Assembly (NCBI GenBank): GCA_038128265.1 | Contig: JAYPJE010000043.1 | Coordinates: 1-37,265 of the forward strand | DNA from: Gemmatimonadota bacterium | GTDB lineage: Bacteria; Latescibacterota; UBA2968; UBA8231 | Length of the DNA stretch: 37,265 nucleotides | Reading direction: 5' to 3' | Shown: one piece after another, positions 1 through 6,248 of the stretch | Layout: each line of letters starts with the position of its first letter | How positions within the stretch are numbered: position 1 is the first letter of the stretch | Position numbers and translations under genes: made by a program | Notes under the pieces: generated by a model | What the model saw: only the letters and a program-made list of their open reading frames with translations | Told to the model about the DNA's origin: nothing | Database searches by the model: none

Positions 1-547
1 TGCCAAAAATGCCGTTCGAGCGTTCGGCAAAGCGCACCATATCGATGCAGACGGGCGTGTCCATATCGAGCGGCGAACCGATGGAAAAGTATTTGCCCTG
101 CTCATCGCCCTCGCGCCCAAATATTTTCGCCACATCGTCTTCCATCGCCTCTTGCACCTGCGAGAAGTGACTGGGGATCGCTTTTACCGGGCGCGGCCCT
201 TCGTCGCCATCGGCGTTTTTAGGCATCATCAGCATGGGGCGCAGCGAGACGATATTGTAGGTGCTGGTTCCGCTGAGCACCTGGCGCAGCAGCTCGTCTT
301 CCTGGCGCGGCGGATGGAGCAGCACGTCTTGGTTGTTGGCGTCCAAGCGCATGTCTGTCACCATCGAGAAAAAATCGTTTTTATCCCCTTCGATAACGAC
401 GAATTTGCCCGCCTTCATATCTTCGATGTTCTGCGCAGCGTCGAGTTTCATCTCTAGCCCCTCGACGAGTGAACCGCGCGTTATCACGCCGATTTCCTGC
501 CCTCGAACGGAGCGCTGCACGCCCCCGCTATGCCCCTTTTTTGCCAT
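1..547 (-). CDS. herA: HerA/DUF87 helicase-ATPase, N-terminal part (runs off window)
   Basis: Manually translated, absent from the ORF track: ATG at 547 with GAGGGGGG RBS. Reads MAKKGHSGG...IGVITRGSLVEGLEMKLD...IEDMKAGKFVVIEG...FFSMVTDMRL (HAS barrel)...PVKTIPSHFSQV...IGSPLDMDTPVCIDMVRFAERSNGIFG, ending at the start of the Walker A region typical of bacterial HerA. Lies downstream of nurA. Confidence 0.9.
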   Translation of the reverse strand, partial: MAKKGHSGGVQRSVRGQEIGVITRGSLVEGLEMKLDAAQNIEDMKAGKFVVIEGDKNDFFSMVTDMRLDANNQDVLLHPPRQEDELLRQVLSGTSTYNIVSLRPMLMMPKNADGDEGPRPVKAIPSHFSQVQEAMEDDVAKIFGREGDEQGKYFSIGSPLDMDTPVCIDMVRFAERSNGIFG

Positions 548-558
548 AGCCACCCCCC

Positions 559-1212
559 TCAGTAAGCCGCCCGGCGCACAATAGAGCTCAGGCGGTCGTA
601 GTCATCTCCCAACAGGCGCGAAAGCTCTTTGCCCATGCGGACCAGATAGGATCGCTCCCCCCCGTGTGCGCGCAGCGTCTGACGCAGGGCGGCAATCAGC
701 AGTTCGTCGGTGGGTATTTTCGACGTATTGAGAATGCTGCGCAGGTAATCGTCCGTCTGCGTAAAGGCGCGCACATCGTCGTCGCTGCACACGTGGACAA
801 AGCTGTGGATGCGCGCCGGCTGCGGCGGCAGCACCTGCACCGGACCCATCTCATCGACGTAACCGATGACCAGCGCCTGAAACTCCGTGCGCAGCAGCTC
901 GAAGATCTGTGGCTGTTCCAAGCGCAGCTCATCTTCCGTCTTGCCATAGGCCGTGGGCCGGCGATTGGGCTCGATGGAATGGGTAAACACGTTAAACACG
1001 ATGCCGATAATGGGCACTTCGGAATCGACGCGAACAAACTGCCCAAACGAAGGGGCACCGTGCAGCTGACGCGCTTCGGCAACAAGCTCGGTGGTACTGC
1101 TCTCTACGACCTCGCCCACGTGGGTTTTGTCCGCATCCCAGGTGCCGATAGCACCCGCCTCATCGCTCAGGAAGCGACTCAGCGGATTGGATGATTCTTC
1201 AATAGTGCTCAA
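559..1212 (-). CDS. Standalone HAS-barrel domain protein (HerP-like)
   Basis: VGEVVESSTTELVAE...APSFGQFVRV...SIEPNRRP...QPQIFELLRTEF...LPPQPARIHSFV...DDYDRL pattern; TTG start after a GGAGGG purine tract; located between nurA and herA. Confidence 0.8.
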   Translation of the reverse strand: MSTIEESSNPLSRFLSDEAGAIGTWDADKTHVGEVVESSTTELVAEARQLHGAPSFGQFVRVDSEVPIIGIVFNVFTHSIEPNRRPTAYGKTEDELRLEQPQIFELLRTEFQALVIGYVDEMGPVQVLPPQPARIHSFVHVCSDDDVRAFTQTDDYLRSILNTSKIPTDELLIAALRQTLRAHGGERSYLVRMGKELSRLLGDDYDRLSSIVRRAAY

Positions 1213-1269
1213 TCCTACCCTCCCCTAAAAAAGGCGCAGCCGGGCGTTTTCCTGAGGCAGGCCATCACC

Positions 1270-2502
1270 TCAGATACCCACATGGCGTTTTTTAAAGCTC
1301 TTCGTTGATATATTGGCGCGGATATCATTCTTGACAAAGGTGTCGCGCAAAAAGCGATAAAAGGCCTCGCGATCGGCGCCGCGCACGACGGCGCGCTCGT
1401 GCGCCTCGGACAGCGCCACCGGATATCCCTGGCCTTTTTCGGCCTGATCACAGATGCAGGCGTGCACCAATTCGAGCATGGCCTCATCCTCGGCCACCCA
1501 CTGCGGCACTTCAACGCGGCCGATCTCCTGGCCAACATGCACGTAGAAGTAGTGTATCCAGTGGCGACCGTATTCCTCAAGGATCTTTGACGACGAGCGA
1601 AAAACCGGCGTGCGCTGACCGGGCTGCAGCACGCGACTCAAAAGAACCGCATCGCTAATTCCGTCGATCGGACTACAGGGCACGCGCCCGTTGCACAGCT
1701 GTTCCTGCAGCGCACTCTTTTCGGCTTCGTCCAGGCCGAGCTGGTTTTCTGCCAACCAGGGGCAGCGGTCGCAGTCGGCCGCCTGCAGAGGACACAACCC
1801 CAGCTTGAGCGCATTGACCAACTCCTGACTGCCCGGCTGGCTGATATAGCCAACGACGGGAATCCCCGCCGTTTCAAGCTGATCGAAGCCGCGCAGCGTC
1901 TCCTTTAGGACGTGTGCCTTGAAGTCCTGCGGTTTGCCCTCGAGGTTCCACTGAATCAGCGTGCCGTCGGAGCAGGCCAATACCCGATGACCTGCCTGCT
2001 GAGCAGCCATAGCCAAATCGGCCAACTCGCTAAATTCCATGAGACCGCGCTTGGTACCAACGAGCTCGCGATTTACAAATACGCGGCGCCCACCCCACTC
2101 CTCAAAAATCTCCTCTTCGCGATAGTAGAGCGTCGGCTTGCTGCTCATCAGCGGCTTTTCGCCCGTTCCATAGTGCAGCAGGATATAGCCTATGTTGATG
2201 AGAAAACACGAAGAAATCTCGTGTCGGTCGGGAAAGATTTGCGAGCCATCCGTCGCCGCAATGCTGATCTTTTGCGGACGGCTCGGCCGCTCGTACTCGC
2301 CACCGAGCCCACCGACCAACCCGGGCAGCAGCCACGATGTGCGAGAGAGCGCCACTTTTTCGGCCAACTTCGGCCAATCCGACAGCCAGCGCCGGTATTC
2401 GCGCAGGGCCATCTCCAATTTTTCTCGATAATCGACCTGGGCACGACGCTCGTCTGCCACCATCTGGTCAATCTGGTTTTTAACTGCATACAAATCCAAC
2501 AT
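1270..2502 (-). CDS. nurA: DNA double-strand break repair nuclease NurA (410 aa; start moved to ATG 2502)
   Basis: ATDGSQI and SDGTLI acidic motifs, VGYIS, RVEVPQW and C-terminal GYPVALSEAHERAVV; purine-rich RBS before MLDLYAVK. Confidence 0.92.
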   Translation of the reverse strand: MLDLYAVKNQIDQMVADERRAQVDYREKLEMALREYRRWLSDWPKLAEKVALSRTSWLLPGLVGGLGGEYERPSRPQKISIAATDGSQIFPDRHEISSCFLINIGYILLHYGTGEKPLMSSKPTLYYREEEIFEEWGGRRVFVNRELVGTKRGLMEFSELADLAMAAQQAGHRVLACSDGTLIQWNLEGKPQDFKAHVLKETLRGFDQLETAGIPVVGYISQPGSQELVNALKLGLCPLQAADCDRCPWLAENQLGLDEAEKSALQEQLCNGRVPCSPIDGISDAVLLSRVLQPGQRTPVFRSSSKILEEYGRHWIHYFYVHVGQEIGRVEVPQWVAEDEAMLELVHACICDQAEKGQGYPVALSEAHERAVVRGADREAFYRFLRDTFVKNDIRANISTKSFKKRHVGI

Positions 2503-2595
2503 CGCGCTCTTCTTCTTTCCCCCAGGTGCACTTCTCTTGGCGCGCGAGCGGCCGCGCCCCGACCCACGGCGTTTCCCATGCGGTCCCTGCACGCG

Positions 2596-3285
2596 TCAGG
2601 GACCGCCTTCCCACGTCTGACCGGCATCGCTCGAAAAGCGCGTGGCTCCTTCCCAATCTGCGGCGCCGAGCGGATCGCGTTCGAGCACGTCGACGGCGCA
2701 TTCGGCCAGCACTGCGCCCACCGCGCCACTGCCGTCGGCGCGATTGCTCTCCACCCGCACGGAGCGAATCGACTCATCAAACTCCTCACCGACGAGCGCC
2801 CACACCCGCTGCATAATGGCTCGCTGCCGGGCGCGCAGGCGCTCTTGGCCAATATCCCCCACGCGCAGGCGCACGCGCAGAATTTCGAGATCGGCGTCAA
2901 TATGCAGTCCGTAGAAGGTGCCGTAGTCCTCGTTTATCAGGCGCTTAACGCGCGGCATGGCGTCCTGCAGCGGCAGGCGTGGCGCGGGTTCGGCCGAGCG
3001 CTCTTGGCGTGGCGGTTCTTCCTCGACAAAGCCCTCTAAGGACGGCCCCCAAACCCACCCCTCGACGCGGAAGCGCACCCACTTGCCGTCCTGCGCGATC
3101 TTTTCGATTTCCACTCCCTCGTCCAGCGTGCCCAGCTTGCGTCCGTTGGGCGCATCGCGAAAGTTTTCGACGCTGGCGTTCACGCGCAGCAGGCCGGTGC
3201 GAAGCTGCTGGGCAAAGACGACCAATCCGCTGCACATGATGAGCGCCCCCGCCCATAGCAGATGTATTTTAGAGAATCGAGACAT
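2596..3285 (-). CDS. Secreted SH3b-like domain protein (229 aa; start at ATG 3285)
   Basis: Signal peptide MSRFSKIHLLWAGALIMCSGLVVFA, then VNASVENFRDAPNGRKLGTLDEG...KWVRFRVEGWVW (bacterial SH3-like); start overlaps the upstream gene end. Confidence 0.65.
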   Translation of the reverse strand: MSRFSKIHLLWAGALIMCSGLVVFAQQLRTGLLRVNASVENFRDAPNGRKLGTLDEGVEIEKIAQDGKWVRFRVEGWVWGPSLEGFVEEEPPRQERSAEPAPRLPLQDAMPRVKRLINEDYGTFYGLHIDADLEILRVRLRVGDIGQERLRARQRAIMQRVWALVGEEFDESIRSVRVESNRADGSGAVGAVLAECAVDVLERDPLGAADWEGATRFSSDAGQTWEGGP

Positions 3286-3862
3286 AGTAATATTGCCGCC
3301 CCCCACCGGCGACCGATCCATCGCGCAGGCGACAGACCAAGCCCAAGCGCTGCAGCGCATTGAGTCGATTGCAGACGATATTGACGTTTTTGTCCAGTTC
3401 GGCTGACACTTCGGCCGACGTGGCCCATTTGCGCTCTAGCAGCACATCGAGCGCCTCGCGCATCGGCCGCTTGAGTGCCCCGAGCAGGCGAATCGTCCCG
3501 TCGGCGCTTTCCATGAGGACCGCCAAGTCGCGCAGTTGTAGCACGGCTTCAAGCGTCTCACACACCGAGTCGTTCGCCGCTACGACAAATACAAAGCGGC
3601 TCTTCAACTCACCGCTGCGCAGGCGCAGCAGCAGTTTATTCAGCATTTCATCGGCGCACGATACATCGACAAACTGCACGCGCGAGAAATCGAGTGCGAT
3701 GGCCGACTCATCGCCGCAGTCGAGCAGATGGGCCATCAGCGCATCGAGCAGGGCCGCCCCCTTAGGACGACCGCTCAAAATGCCGTGTTCGGCCTCGAAG
3801 ACAAAGGGCGCGCCCCGGTCTATACCGCGCTTCTGCGCAGCGTGCACAGCCGCTTCTTGCAT
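3269..3862 (-). CDS. STAS-like (DUF4325-like) domain fused to winged-helix DNA-binding domain (197 aa)
   Basis: LSGRPKG...IALDFSRVQFVDVSCADEMLNKLL (STAS) followed by ATSAEVSAELDKNVNIVCNRLNALQRLGLV...GGGRQYYY (wHTH with wing); GAGGA upstream of ATG 3862. Confidence 0.75.
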   Translation of the reverse strand: MQEAAVHAAQKRGIDRGAPFVFEAEHGILSGRPKGAALLDALMAHLLDCGDESAIALDFSRVQFVDVSCADEMLNKLLLRLRSGELKSRFVFVVAANDSVCETLEAVLQLRDLAVLMESADGTIRLLGALKRPMREALDVLLERKWATSAEVSAELDKNVNIVCNRLNALQRLGLVCRLRDGSVAGGGRQYYYVSIL

Positions 3863-3944
3863 GAACCTAGTCCTCGCCAAAGTGGATGGTGTGTATCCTG
3901 CACCAGATCTGCTATAAGCTATCCAATAGGGGCAGCTTAAATAG

Positions 3945-3988
3945 ATTCAATTAAAATGAATAGTAGAGCGACTGTGGACATCTGTCAA
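3945..3988 (-). promoter_or_regulatory. sigma70 promoter TTGACA-N17-TACTAT with overlapping palindrome ATTCA-N7-TGAAT
   Basis: Minus strand -35 TTGACA (3988-3983), 17-nt spacer, -10 TACTAT (3965-3960); inverted repeat 3945-3961 covers the -10 edge and predicted start site. Confidence 0.75.
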
Positions 3989-4040
3989 GCGCTTTTACAC
4001 TGCGGTATTGCGCAAAATAATCGCACAGACGATCGGCAGA

Positions 4041-4056
4041 CAACTATATGTGGTGT
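4041..4056. promoter_or_regulatory. Candidate NrdR box
   Basis: CAACTATATGTGGTGT (reverse complement ACACCACATATAGTTG) resembles the NrdR-box consensus acaCwAtATaTwGtgt; only one copy seen. Confidence 0.4.
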
Positions 4057-4205
4057 TAGTTCAGCGGTTGGCTCATCCGTTCGCTCAGCGCCATAAGGGT
4101 GCCATAGCCAACGGTTAATACCAGCGCAATTAGGACGGCCAGCAGAATGAGCAGAATGGGTTCGTGCTGCGGGGGCTTGGGTGGCCTGTGTCCCTGTCCA
4201 AACAA
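4056..4205 (-). CDS. Small single-pass membrane protein (49 aa), not in ORF track
   Basis: AGGAG RBS overlapping the upstream TAG, 6 nt before a TTG start; MFGQGHRPPKPPQHEPILLILLAVLIALVLTVGYGTLMALSERMSQPLN with one clear hydrophobic helix. Confidence 0.65.
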   Translation of the reverse strand: MFGQGHRPPKPPQHEPILLILLAVLIALVLTVGYGTLMALSERMSQPLN

Positions 4206-4214
4206 CGGAATCTC

Positions 4215-5090
4215 CTAGGCGTCGCGCTGGTAGAGGGCAATGGCGATCTGCGTGCCCGGAAAGTGCACGGAAACGTGCTCGTACTGGCTGCGCCCGCGAA
4301 TATAGAGCCTCGTGTCGCCCGTTCGCATGTGCAGACTGCCGCTGTATCGGTTGCAGATCTGATTGACGATATACAGGCCCAACCCCCTGTTCTCGTCGCG
4401 CGAGAAGTGCTGTTTAAGCGAGTTTTGCATGGCGGCAGCATGCGTCCACTCGGCTACGTCGTGGCGCTGAGCCAAGCTGTTTTTAATGCCAATCCCCAGA
4501 TCTCCCACTCCGATGACTACGTATTTCTTACCGGCGCGTGGATCGAGGTAGCGCTGAGCAGTGGCAAAGCCCCAGTTCATGCTGTGATCCAAGATGTTGT
4601 GGCACAGCTCGGCAATAACATTTTTAAACTGGTTGATTTCCACTGCCGTATACAGCAATTCCTCAGCTAAGATGGCCTCTACCCGCTGGGCGATATGGCC
4701 GAGCAGCGATTCCACATCCGCCTGAGCCTGTATGCGCGTAATTTCCATCAGCGCTTCGCTGTCAGTCTTTTCTCGCTCTTGATCCACAATTAGATCCGGA
4801 CCCAGCATTTCGATCCCGTCTAGCGCTTGGGCAAAGCGCACGCGCCCGAGGTAGCTGCGCAGCGCATACGCTTCCGGCATCCGGTAGTTGACGCGCGGCA
4901 CAACCGTGCGCGCATAACGCCCCACCAGACAGAGCGTGATCAGACCATAGGGATCGATAAAGCGCAGCGCACTCAGGTCTATTTCCAGCGGGCTATCGGG
5001 CGCATGAGCGTGGATTACCCGCAGAAACTCGGCGAGCAATTCGTCTGCGCTGCGCGGATTTAAGCGCGTGTTTTCTACGCGGAGTGGCAT
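4215..5090 (-). CDS. STAS-like domain plus HATPase_c (anti-sigma/Ser-kinase-like ATP-binding protein)
   Basis: IDLSALRFIDPYGL (STAS); GHKL boxes ELCHNILDHS, VGDLGIGIK, NRGLGLYIV and FPGTQI; no HisKA H-box. Confidence 0.8.
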   Translation of the reverse strand: MPLRVENTRLNPRSADELLAEFLRVIHAHAPDSPLEIDLSALRFIDPYGLITLCLVGRYARTVVPRVNYRMPEAYALRSYLGRVRFAQALDGIEMLGPDLIVDQEREKTDSEALMEITRIQAQADVESLLGHIAQRVEAILAEELLYTAVEINQFKNVIAELCHNILDHSMNWGFATAQRYLDPRAGKKYVVIGVGDLGIGIKNSLAQRHDVAEWTHAAAMQNSLKQHFSRDENRGLGLYIVNQICNRYSGSLHMRTGDTRLYIRGRSQYEHVSVHFPGTQIAIALYQRDA

Positions 5091-5101
5091 GGGGAACTTA
5101 G

Positions 5102-5149
5102 TTGACTTTTTTCGCGATTTATTATTAGTTTAAGTGTTTTTAGAAACAA
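5102..5149. promoter_or_regulatory. AT-rich divergent promoter region
   Basis: Plus strand TTGACT-N18-TAGTTT (5102-5131); minus strand TTGTTT-N17-AATAAT; lies between divergent genes. Confidence 0.4.
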
Positions 5150-5246
5150 GTGGATGTACCTACACAAGGTCGTTTTTGCCGCGTACCCTCCACTCCCAAC
5201 AAACCCGTGCCCAGCAGGCGCATACGCGTCCATCCCGCGCAAGTAA

Positions 5247-6248
5247 ATGGTGAATCGAGACGACCTCGCCCAGGCCATCATAGACCTCGAAAACGACCGA
5301 GGAACCCCCATAGACGACGAGCAATTGGCGTATGACCTGGGCTACCACGTCAAACCGGTCGTTGACCAACTCGCTCTGGCCCAAACCAATGCGGCCACAC
5401 GGGACGCCGCTATTGCCGACGTTGAGGACCCTCAAAATAGGGCCGAACCGCGTCGGAGAGCAACCCGCAAAGCGCCCCGTTTTGACGGCCCTGTCCCCGA
5501 ATTATCGTCGCTCGAACCCCAGGACAAGGCGCGGTGGATCTTTATGGAGCGCTTTATCCCCCTGGAGAAGCACGAAGGCATTCTCGACTGCCCGTTTACC
5601 AGCCAAGAGCGCGCCAGCTACCTGAACGACCTCGGTCGCTACCTCGATAAATTGTTCCTCATAGCGGACATCGCTAAGGCACTTGAACGGCACGACCTGT
5701 CCCAATTACAGAAGCGCTTCGCCTCGACGATCCTGCTCTTTCGCCACGCACAGATCGGCGATGGCATGGACAATAGGCTTCCCTGTAATCTGGAAAATCT
5801 ACGCCAGCGCTTTGGCGATTACTTTTACAAGCGACGCACCGTGCCCAACTGGTACGAAGCTCAGCCTTTCTATACAGCTGCGATGCCCCAGTCGCGCTGG
5901 GTCTTGTGCGATGTAGACTATCTCAACTGCACCCTGCGCCAGCCGCAGCGGCGCCTGTTGGGCTATGCGCAGAGCTGGACGCTCAACGAAGCAGCCGCTG
6001 CACAAAAAACCGTATTGGAAGACATTTACGATCGCATTGTCTGTGGAGAGGCCCTCGAAGAGCACGTTTTTGAGCAAAACTGCAATTCCTGCACGACGAC
6101 GCGCTATCGGAAGGGACAGAGCGCGGTATACCAAGTGTACACCGTGCAGAAAAATCAGAAAATAGCCATTCACGGCAAAGCCGGCCTGCCCCACTGGCGC
6201 ACGTCGCGTCGTCTGTGGCCAGGCGTATATCCCACTCTGGTTCTCTGA
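5247..6248 (+). CDS. Hypothetical protein (333 aa) with C-terminal domain paralogous to the downstream gene
   Basis: Long ORF whose stop overlaps the next ATG (TGATG); shares WVLCDVDYL, TVLEDIYDRIV and GVYP motifs with the next protein. Confidence 0.8.
   Translation: MVNRDDLAQAIIDLENDRGTPIDDEQLAYDLGYHVKPVVDQLALAQTNAATRDAAIADVEDPQNRAEPRRRATRKAPRFDGPVPELSSLEPQDKARWIFMERFIPLEKHEGILDCPFTSQERASYLNDLGRYLDKLFLIADIAKALERHDLSQLQKRFASTILLFRHAQIGDGMDNRLPCNLENLRQRFGDYFYKRRTVPNWYEAQPFYTAAMPQSRWVLCDVDYLNCTLRQPQRRLLGYAQSWTLNEAAAAQKTVLEDIYDRIVCGEALEEHVFEQNCNSCTTTRYRKGQSAVYQVYTVQKNQKIAIHGKAGLPHWRTSRRLWPGVYPTLVL

Noticed and set aside
1..2502. HerA-based anti-phage system (Sir2-HerA, DUF4297-HerA type)
   Set aside because: Partner is NurA plus a HAS barrel, the housekeeping-type arrangement; no defence or mobility genes nearby
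1912..3039. 375-aa plus-strand ORF
   Set aside because: Antisense shadow of nurA and the SH3 gene; no recognisable motifs
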